Part shown: piece after piece, positions 49,777 through 64,000 of the stretch
Layout: each line of letters opens with the position of its first letter
How positions within the stretch are numbered: position 1 is the stretch's first letter
From: Phaeosaccion multiseriatum
Lineage: Eukaryota > Protista > Ochrophyta, other classes
Reading direction: 5' to 3'
DNA length: 64,000 bases
NCBI GenBank assembly: GCA_965112735.1
Contig: OZ218961.1
Coordinates: 2,046,001 to 2,110,000, forward strand
Position numbers and translations under genes: made by a program
The notes under the pieces: generated by a model
Databases searched by the model: none
What the model saw: the letters and a program-made list of their open reading frames with translations, nothing else
Told to the model about the DNA's origin: nothing

Positions 49777-52114
49777 ACTTTCTCCTCTGCTTCATTACTG
49801 CTTCTTGTTCGAAACGCGTTGTTGCTTTGGCGCTGTTGGCTTTGCTTTGCTTTGCCATGAGTCACAGACGGAACGACGACACAGCCCGGAGTACCAACAC
49901 GCATCCAGGCCGCGAGGCTTCACACAGCACGGGCCAGGACACTGGCACTGCAGCATCGCGCTCAGGCCCAGGCTATGTTAGGAGGGGGGTTGGAGCTTGC
50001 ACCACCGGCGGCAGCAGCGGCAGTGTCGCCCGCGCCCACACCCTTCCCCTCGGGGACCTCGGGAGGCAGCAGAAGAATGATCTTCCCTCTTCCTCTCGCG
50101 GGCAAGGGTGGTGGCAGCACAAAGCGGGGGGATGAGTACACGAAACTTGGCCACTCCTCCATCCACTGCCTTCCTTCCTCCTCCTCCTCCTCCTTCTCCT
50201 CTCTCGGGTGTCTTCCGCTTCTCTTGCATCCTCTTGGCAACAGCGTACGCAAAGGAGGATGGGGAGGAGGGGGGACGGCAGTCGATGGGGGAGGCACACT
50301 CAAGGACGACTCGGAGTCACTTCTCCTCCTACCCGTCCCCGGTGGGCGCCGACAGGACAGCCGTGTGTACTTAGGTGCCGGGGGGCAACAAGAAGAAGAA
50401 GAGAGAAAAGGTGAGTGAGAAGGAGCAGAGTGAAGGCAGGTCGGGGGCAGCCAGCGATGCCCACCTATCCGCTGCGCCCGCCACCCCTGTGTGAAGGAGG
50501 TGAGGTCTTCCTTCCTCTCGTGCTGGCCGAGCTGAGGTGTATCACCAACCCCCCCGCCTCACTCCTCCCCTGGCCGCTCACTTGGCTCCTCACTCCTCGC
50601 TCTTCGCTGCTCTCCCTATACTTTGCTTCACACCGCACACCGCCTCCCTCCCTCCCTCCCTCCCTCCCTCCTCCGCAGCAGCAACAATTGGCGACGACGA
50701 AGGCGACGACTCTACCAAGTGAGGCATGAAGCGTGCGGCGCCCCCCCCCCCACCGAGAACAAGAAGCCCGAGCCGCGACCACCCCCCTTCTCCCCGTCTT
50801 TTGCCGCGGGGTGAGCAGCAGGAGAAGCCTCTCCAACGAGACGAGGGAGCCGACAGGTGCTGTCGAGAAGCGGCAGCGAGCAGTGGTGGTGGTGGCCGTG
50901 GGGACAAGGGCAGTGGGAGAAGTGGGGGTGGCGTGGGGGTGGTGAACCCATACACTACTCCTACTCGGAGGGGCTCTCACGCCAAGCAGGAGGGTGGAGG
51001 GGGAGTGGAGGGGGCAAGGCAAGCGGCGAAGGAACTAGCGAACAAGAAGTCCAGGTATCACGAGCAGAAGCAGCAGCCGCAGAAGTTGGTGATACAGCAG
51101 GAGAAGGAGCGGCAGCCGCCGTCGAGCACCTCCCTGACGCACAATAGGCCCAGCGCGGGGATGGGAGCTTGCTCTCATGGTGCCCGGAGCACTGTGCTAC
51201 CCAAGGGGGGGCGCGACATAGACCCACCGGGGTCGGGCAAGGAGAACACCAGCAGCATCAGCACCAACACCAATGACATCGGCCAGAACACTGACACCAG
51301 CAGCAGCAGCAGCAGCAGTAAGAACAAGAAGAGCAACAAGAAGAAGAAGAAGGTAGCCAAAGTCAAACCTGCGGGTGAGAAGAAGGAGAAGGAGAAGCGG
51401 AAGGGGAAGGGGAAGGAGAAGGAGAAAGGGAATGAGAAGAAGCGCGGCAGCAACCAAGGCCAGAAGGCGGGGGGTGGTTGCGGGCCTGCTGCTGCTGGTG
51501 CTCCTTGTTCCACCAACAGTAGGAACAACACCAACAGCCCCACCACCGACGACAACGAGGCCAGAGCTAAGCAGCAGCGCCTCGGTGAGAGAGGAGAAGC
51601 AACAAGAGCCTTTCTTCATGAGCCCCAGCCTCCTCTTTGTGGTGCTGGCCCTGCTCGCCGCAACAACAGCAGCAGAGAGGATAATAGCAGCAGCGGTGAG
51701 GGCCTGCCTAGAGAGGGGTGTACAAGAGAGGACAGCCGCATGGCGGGGAGCAATGTGGCCCCACGCGCTGACCAGGGGGCTGGGTACTGCCCAGGGGGGG
51801 CATCGTGGGGAGCAGCAGGGGCGGGTGGGAGCCCACCGGGGGAGAATCCGGGGGGGGACCCAGGGGGGGTTGCGTCAGCATGGGCAGGGGCAGGGCAGAG
51901 AGGTGAGCACAGGAGTGAGTACAGGCGCCAGCGGAGGAGTGAGAGGGGTGAGCAGAGGGGTGCGAGTCGTCAGCAGGGTGCCCAACAGCAGAATGGGTCG
52001 AGGCAGCAGCAGCAGCAGTTGGTGATACAGCAGGAGCCCAGCATTGAGGGTAGCCTGTCCTGCGCAGATATGCTTGACCTCTTCTTCTCGCTCCGACGCC
52101 GGCAAGACCAATAG
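47085..52114 (+). CDS. Low-complexity hypothetical protein; 3' exon structure unresolved and may be two genes
   Basis: Long ORFs 47085-49490 and 50726-52114. Plausible exons 47085-49311, 49411-49486 and from 49868, but frames downstream of about 49950 do not join cleanly. No recognisable domain. Confidence 0.45.
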
Positions 52115-52607
52115 CACGGCACTGTCAACAGCTGGCGAGGTGTTGAGGGCGGGGGTTGTACTACCAACATACCAACATACAAACAGAACACAGGCACGTC
52201 AAAGATAGAAGTGCGACTACTCGCATCCACCAGTGGGAGTAGAAGTGATCACTCCTCCCATCAGTGCCCCGTCAGTGCATCCATTGCCGTTGAGACTCGT
52301 CCATGCATGCCGTCATTCATTCCTTTCAACGTCACAAGGTACCAAAAGGAAGTAGAAAATTTTCAATTTGTTGACCCCGACCAATATCGATATCGAGAAC
52401 CAACATCGATGCGCTCACAGAGTCATTCGTCCGACTCCTCCATCCGTTTCCATCCACTGCCATCACCACTCCTCCATCCATTGCCATCCACTGCCATCCC
52501 CTACTCTCCCTTTTTTGGCGAGTCAGGTCGGGCAGGGCGCCTTGAAGCGGCTGGACGACATGCACTCGCGCGAGAACCTAGCCCTCTGTCCGTCTCTTCC
52601 TCTCTCT

Positions 52608-52669
<62 letters not shown>

Positions 52670-52793
52670 ATCGACCTCCTCCTGTCTCTCGCCCTCGATC
52701 TCACTCACTTTCCGTGCGAGCCCCACCTCCCCTCCCTCCCTCCTTTCAGCATAATCTTACGTAAAAAAGAAGTAAGAGTTGCACCATAAGTCA

Positions 52794-57150
<4,357 letters not shown>

Positions 57151-57444
57151 TGTGTTGCTCCCTTGTTCCTAAAGCCCTTCCGACGTTACAAGCTGCAGCT
57201 CCCTCGCGACCCATGCTCCTGCCTCGTCATTGAACGACCTTGGCTACCGCAACCACATCTCCTTCCCCTTCATCGCAGGAACTTCGTGGGGTATAAGATC
57301 TTAGGAGAGAGAGGGAGAAAAGGTGGAAGAACGATGCCTGATTTGTGAGAAATGAGAAATTCAACAGCCGGCCGTAGAGGACCATCGAATCAATCCTCTC
57401 CCCAAACCCCAATCCCAAACCACTCTTGGCTGCCCTGTGCAGCA
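57151..57444. promoter_or_regulatory. Probable bidirectional promoter between NEK and FGAM synthase
   Basis: Head-to-head start codons (57150 minus, 57445 plus) are only 294 bp apart; inferred from geometry alone. Confidence 0.55.
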
Positions 57445-60400
57445 ATGGCAGCAGCTGGGGCAGAGAGTACGGGTGCTTTATCTCGGACAGGCACCCCTCT
57501 GTTGCTGCTTCTCGTCGTCGCCCTGCGGTTGCCTCGCGATGTGGACGGCTTTGGCCCGCCAAATATGCGACCACATGCACAACCAAGGCTTGCACAGAGG
57601 ACACCCACACGGCAGGAACCGGCTGCTAGACATGGTCTAAGGCGTAGAAAGAGGCCTATGCACGCATCGGACGAGTGTGGTGACGGTAGATGTATCAGCA
57701 GCGGTAGTGCTGCCAATGGGCGAAGGAGGAGGAGAGGGAGGAGACGACATCCTGCCCCGGGCAGCAGCTTTGGAGACGATTGGCTTCGCAGCGAGGACGA
57801 TAACGACTTCTCTGCACCTTTGCCTCCCCGTGGCGGTGCTGGGGCCCTCCACATGGGCGCAGGCCAAGACCCAGGAGCACGGGCACTCGTCTCAGAGGTG
57901 GAGGGAGCGACGGGAGGAGGAGCAGGAGGAGGAGCAGCCACCTCCACCCTCCCGCTACGCGATTCAGATTCAACCTCGGTAGCACCCCTGCCTCCCTCCT
58001 CGTCACCCCCTCCGGTGGCAATAGGGGCACCCTCCGGGGGAGTGGTCAGCAGCAGCGTGGTCAGCAGCAGCGGCATGGTTACAGAGTCCCTCTCCCTGCC
58101 TTCTTCATCGGCTTCGCGAGCTCGAGGTCCGTCCGAGTGGCCCTCCTCCTCATCACCACCAGCAGCGTCAGCACCAGTAGCGCCAGCAGCAGCCACAGGA
58201 GTTGTTGATACAGTGCTACTGCGCTTCACCCGAGGCCCTGAGGCAGGAAGGGCCCTCTCGGAGCGAGCGCTGCGGCTATTGGCAGGGCACGGTGTGACTG
58301 CTGTGCAGACACAAGAGCTCTTCACTGTGCAAGTGCAGCAGTTGGTGATACAGGAGCAGGAGCAAAAGGAGGAGGAAGAGGAGGAGAAGGAGGAGGAGGA
58401 GGAGGAGGAGGAGGAGGAGGAGGAGGAGGAGGAGGAGGGAGGCCAGGCAGCGAGGAGGCGGATGGCAGCGCATCGGGAGAAGCATCGGTACGCCCCGCTT
58501 CTCCCTGAGCGAGAGATGGGCTTGCTGCAGAGCCTTCTTGGATGGGTGGATGGGGAAGGGATGATGCACAAGGCACAAGCGCTCCCGATTGAGATGGCAA
58601 TAGATGGCAAGGATCAGATGGCAATGGATGGCAAGGATCAGAGGGTGGGAGAGGGGACGGGTCGTCTGAGGAGGAAAAGAAAGAGGGTCACCGCGCGAGT
58701 AGAGGAACAGAAGGAGCAGCAACAGCAGCAGTTGGTGATACAGCAGCAGGAGCAGCAGCAGCAGCAGCAGCAGCAGGGCGGGGAAGGGGAAGAGGGTGGG
58801 GAGTCCCAGTCCAAGTCTCAGTCTCAATTTGAGTTTCAGTGTCCGCGGCAAGTAAGGGAGGTAGATGACGAGGTCGAGATCGAGATCGAGATTGGCCCAC
58901 GCGCCCACATGGTGTCTGCATGGAGCAGCAATGCCGTGTCTGTGCTCAGGGCCGTGGGGCTTGGGCAAGTGCGGAGGGTGGAAAGGAGCCGGAGATACAC
59001 CCTCACCCTCCGAGGGGTAGGGGAGGAGGAGGAGGAGGAGGAGGAGGAGGAGGAGGAGGGTGGGGGAGGGGAGCTGCTGTCGTCTGTGGCTAGTGCTAGT
59101 GCTGCTACTACTACTGCTGCTGCTACTCCTCCTGCTGCTGGATCACCAACTGCTGTACCAGGCCGGGCGCGGGAGGAGCAGGAGCAGGATCAGGAGGCGG
59201 AGGCTAGTTTCTGGGAGAGCGCTCGAGGGCAGATGATCGTAGGGCTGCTCTCAGACCACATGACCGAACAGGTTCGATCCAATGGGGGAGGGGTTCCCAG
59301 CGCGGGGGAGGGGGTGGGGATGAATACCTGTTCCCGTGGACGGTTGCTGGGGGGGTGGCCGGCGGGGAAGTGCCCGTGCGGAGAAGCAAGACTGCACAAC
59401 AGACAGGCTGTATAACCCACGCAGGCAGCCAGCGAGCCCCAAGTGCAAGTAGCTGTCCACCCAACTCAAGCACCCAACTACCCGACTATCTCTGCCCTCC
59501 GTCTCTCTCTCTCCCTCTCTCACTCGCTCTCTTCGCCCCCCCCCCACCTCTCTCTCACCCTCTTCTCTCTCTACATACGCCCCCCCTCTCTCTCCATCTC
59601 TCTTCCCCTCCGCTCTCCCTCTCTCATCCTCTCTCTCTCTCCTCTCTCGCTGACCCCCCTCTCTCTCCCTCTCTCATCCTCTCTCTCTCCTCTCTCCCTG
59701 ACCCTCCTCTCTCTCTTCTCTCCTTCTCTCTCTCTCTCCCTCTGCCCCTCCCACATTCTCTCTCTATCCTTCAGGTGTACCCACGCGATGAAGCGGCGCT
59801 ATCGACCCTCTTCTCCAGGGCGTCTCGTGGTGTAAGAGGAGACAGAGGAGGAGATGGAGACTCTTCATCGCATGGGGCTGGGGCAGGGGCGACGGAGGGG
59901 AGGATGGCAGTGGATGGGGCAGCAGGAGGAGCGTTGAAGGTGCCGCTGCTGGCGGAGGGGGAGGCGGCCCTAGGGAGATTCAGCAGCACACACGGCCTTG
60001 GCTTCGGGCAGGTCAGTACTTGGTGTCAGTCAGTCAGGGCCTGGTGTCAGTCAGTCAGTACCTGGTATCAGTCAGTCAGTCAGTCAGTCGGTCAGTCAGT
60101 CAGTACCTGGTGTCAGTCAGTGGCTGGTGTCAGTCAGTCAGTCAGTACCTGGTGTCAGTCAGTCAGTCAGTACCTGGTTTCAGTTAGTGCCTGGTGTCAG
60201 TCAGTCAGTCAGTCAGTCAGTCAGTCAGTCAGTCAGTCAGTTCGTGGTGTCAGTCAGTTAGTACCTTGTGTCAGTCAGTCAGTTCCTGGTGTCAGTCAGT
60301 CAGTGCCTGGTGTCAGCGTGGTGTCAGTCAGTCAGTATTTCGGAACCAGGTGTCAAGCATTAGTACCTGGTGTCAGCTTGAGCTGGGTCCCCCCCTTCCA

Positions 60401-60727
60401 ACTTAGTTCCTGCCTTCCTTCCCCTCCTTCCCTCCCGCTCTCCCATTAACTGCCACCCCACCCCTCCCCCCATCCACTCCTATCCCCTCCTCTCTCTCTC
60501 CTCATCCTCCCTCCCCCCCCCCCCCCTCTCTCTCTCCTCTCTCTTTCCCCCTCTCTCTCTCCCTCTCTCCCTCTCTTCTCTCTCCTCTCTCTCTCTCCCC
60601 TCTCTCTCCTCTCCTCTCTCTCTCCTCTCTCCTCTCTCCTCTCTCTCTTCCTCTCTCTCTCCTCTCTCTTTCTCCCCTCTCTCTCCTCTCCTCTCCTCTC
60701 TCTCTCTCCCTCCGTCTCTCTCTCCCG

Positions 60728-60764
<37 letters not shown>

Positions 60765-61394
60765 ACTCCCCCCTCTCTCTCTCCTCTCCTCTCTCTCTCT
60801 CTCTGTATCGAGCAGTGGGAGAAGTCTTTCTACCGCCACATGTTCGAAAACGTTCTCAAGAGAGACCCCACAGACGTGGAGCTCTTTGGTGTGGGACAGA
60901 GCAACTCTGAGCACTGCAGGTGAGGGGTGGGAAGGGGATGGCAGTGGATGGGACTGGAGCGGAGATGGCAGTGGATGGGCCCACTGTTGGTCAAGTGAAA
61001 CTGAAACCACCCCTCTCTCTCTCTCTCTCTCTCCCCTCTCCCTCCCTCTTCTCTCTCCCCTCCTTCCTCTCTTTCTCTCCCTATCTCTCCCCCCCTTCCT
61101 CCCTCTCTCCATGTGCAGGCATTGGTTCTTCAACGGCCGCATCTTCATCGATGGCGTGGCTCAGCCGCACTCTCTGCTCGATGTTGTCAAGGGAACCTTG
61201 TCCCGTGTGATCGAGCAGCAGCAGCAGTTGGTGATACGTGACGAGGGCGGGCAAGGCGGGGACGAGAAGAGATGGGCAGGGACAGGGGAAGGGGAAGGGG
61301 AAGGGGACAACACCAATGACAATAGCGTCATTGCCTTCAGCGACAATTCCTCGGCGATTCGAGGCTTTCGAGTGCCCACTCTGGAGGGCAGAAG

Positions 61395-61442
<48 letters not shown>

Positions 61443-62592
61443 TAATAGCAGCGGCAGTGGTAGCCGCAGACGCAGTAGCAGTAGTAGCAGCAGCGGCAGT
61501 AGTAGCCACGGCAGTGCTAGCGACAGTATTAGCAGCAGGAAGAGGGGACGGGCAGCCGTGCGGGCTTCCCAGGGGGGTGAATCTTGGCCCGAGGGGGGAG
61601 ATCGTTGCTCCCACGGAGACGGAGCAGGCAGAGCAGTGCCTCTGATGGTTTCTTCTGTACCGCCCCTCCGACACGTGCTCATGACGGCAGAAACCCATAA
61701 CTTTCCCTGCAGTGTGGCGCCGGTGCCCGGGGCAGAGACGGGGGTGGGGGGGCGGCTCCGCGACATACAGGCAACAGGCAGAGGGGCCTTCTCTCTGGCG
61801 GGGGTGGCGGGGTATTGTGTAGGGGGGATCTCGGATGCGGATACAGCACGGGCTGCGGCAGTGGCGGCGGCGAGTGCTGCGGAGGAGGGGATGGCAGTAG
61901 ACGGCAGTAGTCACAGCGACGGCGGCGCAGGAGAGGGAACCGCAGCAGACAGCCACAGCAGCGACAGCAGCGATGGCAACGAAAGCCATGGTAGCGGAAG
62001 CCGAAGCAGTTGGTCATCCAACGACAGCGACTGGCCCTCTGCAGTGGCCCCTCCCCTCTCGGTGCTCATAGGCGCGTCTGACGGAGCCTCGGACTACGCC
62101 AACAAGTTTGGAGAGCCCCTGGTTACGGGCTTTGCCAGGGCTGCCAGAGTGCAGGTGCGCGCGTGCACATCATGAGTTTCAGGGTGTCAGGAGTGTCAAT
62201 GGGTGTCAGACAGTGGGTCGTTGGCTGGCAATCAGGACATAAGGGTGGGTCGGTGGAATGCCTGCCTGTGCTTCTGAAACTGTCAGTCAAAATTGCCCAT
62301 TGCCCCCCCCCCCCCCATCAACTGCCATCCCCCCCCTCCCCTCACAGGTTGGCGACTCCCGTGTGGAGTGGGTGAAGCCCATCATGTTCAGCGCCGGCCT
62401 GGGCAGCGTCAGGGACGAGCACATACACAAGGCCAAGCCCGCTAGGGGCATGATGTAAGTGGGTGGAGGCGGATGGGTATGCGCAAAGGCAGGCATATGG
62501 GAAGGCATAAGAGTCTCTCTCTCTCATACAAACATACACAATACATACACATACGTTCTCTCTGTTTCTGTCCCGCTCACTGCCTCCCTCCC

Positions 62593-62635
<43 letters not shown>

Positions 62636-63621
62636 ATCACCAACTGCTATAGGGTTGTGAAGCTAGGAGGTGCGGCCTTTCGTATCGGTCTAGGGGGGGG
62701 GGCAGCGAGCAGCAGAGCGAGGGGCAGGGGGGGAGGAGGAGGGGCCCTCTCAAAGAGGGAACTCCAGGAGCTTGACCTCAACGCTGTGCAGAGGGCGGAT
62801 GCGGAGATGGGCAATAAGGTGGGTGACGGGAGGGGATGGCAGTGGATGGGGGGGGGGGGGGGGGATGGTAGTGGATGCAAAGATGGGCGATAAGGCGGGT
62901 GAGGGGGAGGGGATGGCAGTAGATGGGATGGAGGAGGGCATGTCAGTGGATGTGGGACTGTTTATGTTGCAGCCGCCCCCATCCTCCTCCCTTCCCTGTA
63001 CTCTGTACTGACACACATACACACGTACATACGCACGCACGCACACACACGTACACACGCCCACGCACACGGCTGTGTTCTCACAAACGGCCCCACAGGT
63101 GGCTCGGGCGGTTCGGGCCTGCACCGAGTTGGGTCTGGAGAACCCAATTGTGTCCATTCACGATCAGGGAGCGGGGGGGAATGCAAACGTTATCATGGAG
63201 ATTGTTGGTGAGTGGGTGCTATGAGTGCTATGAGTGCTAGTGCATGGGTGCATTGTGAGTGCCAGTGCATGGGTACATTTGTGAGTGCCAGTGCTTGGAT
63301 ATCGTGAGTGCTAGTTCTTTGGGTACGTACAGCAGGCAGGCATACGGGTAAGCGATAAGGAGGCCCTCCACCCTACCCCACCACACCCCACCTGAGTGAG
63401 GGGTGTACTTTTGCACCCCTGAATGAGTGTGTGTGTGTGTGTGTGTGTGCGTGTGTGCCTGTCTTGTCTCTAACGTCTCCCTCCCTCCCCCAGCCCCTGC
63501 CGGAGCCGAGATCGACATCACCCTCTGCCCCCTCGGTGACAACACCCTAAGCGTTCTCGAGATTTGGAGCAGCGAATATCAGGAGAACCATGCTCTGCTT
63601 GTGTGGCCCCGAGGGATGGAG
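57445..63621 (+). CDS. purL: Phosphoribosylformylglycinamidine (FGAM) synthase, large type; continues beyond the window
   Basis: Exons 57445-59271, 59775-60011, 60816-60919, 61119-62154, 62348-62454, 62653-62818, 63099-63207 and 63494-63621. Motifs EIGPR..SAWSSNA, RVERSRRY, DHMTEQVY, RDPTDVELF..QSNSEHCRHWFFNG, SDNSSAIRG, TAETHNFP..APVPGAETGVGGRLRD, ASDGASDYANKFGEP, KPIMFS, RIGLGGGAASS, AVQRADAEM, IHDQGAGG, EYQE. Confidence 0.97.
60012..60380. repeat. (CAGT)n satellite interrupted by (TA)CCTGGTG, starting at a GTCAGT donor
   Basis: Directly visible; the same compound repeat occurs at 34257-34380 and 55621-55822. Confidence 0.9.
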
Positions 63622-64000
63622 GTGAGGAGAGGGGTGAGAGTAGAGGCATATGGTTGGGGATAGGGGTGAGAGTAGAGGCATATGGTTGAGGAGAGGGGTG
63701 AGAGTAGAGGCATATGGTTGGGGATAGGGGTGAGAGTAGAGGCATATGGTTGAGGAGAGGGGTGAGAGTAGAGGCATATGGTTGGGGATCGGGGTGAGAG
63801 TAGAGGCATATGGTTGGGGATCGGGGTGAGAGTAGAGGCATATGGTTGGTGATAGGGGTGAGAGTAGAGGCATATGGTTGAGGAGAGGGGTGAGAGTAGA
63901 GGCATATGGTTGGGGAGAGGGGTGAGAGTAGAGGCATATGGTTGAGGAGAGGGGTGAGAGTAGAGGCATATGGTTGGGGATCGGGGTGAGAGTAGAGGCA
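63622..64000. repeat. 32-bp intronic minisatellite, about 12 copies, running off the window
   Basis: Unit GGGGTGAGAGTAGAGGCATATGGTTG(A/G)GGA(G/T)(A/C) begins at the PurL exon-8 donor. Confidence 0.93.

Overview
This is a GC-rich, intron- and microsatellite-rich eukaryotic nuclear window. It is probably from an ochrophyte stramenopile, inferred from two proteins with signal peptide plus ASAF-type bipartite plastid pre-sequences; the species cannot be determined. Well-supported genes are: a GST-C/YbaK(ProX)/prolyl-tRNA synthetase fusion (partial), a KCTD-like BTB/POZ protein, a MORN-repeat protein, a small ankyrin protein, a Cys-rich plastid-targeted protein, a PPR-SMR protein, a Cys-rich multipass membrane protein, a NEK kinase and a head-to-head FGAM synthase (PurL/PFAS, partial). 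Two large low-complexity hypothetical genes are less certain. The 27.8-47 kb block is a rearranged accessory region. It holds two paralogous intronless F-box-like/CPW-ankyrin genes whose differences are overwhelmingly amino-acid-changing, a 135-bp direct repeat present three times, a duplicated 3' fragment of the neighbouring gene, and an intronless FNIP-type LRR gene behind a palindrome- and repeat-rich segment. Both repeat-protein families are typical of giant viruses, so this is a candidate host-virus arms-race locus. Separately, short non-periodic motifs (GTTGGTGATAC, GGATGGCAGT, CCTGGTG) are scattered through exons and introns. Each motif is tied to one simple-repeat class and its orientation tracks splice-site position. 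Many intronic satellites look like tandem amplifications of splice signals. All exon models and counts were made by eye and need computational confirmation.
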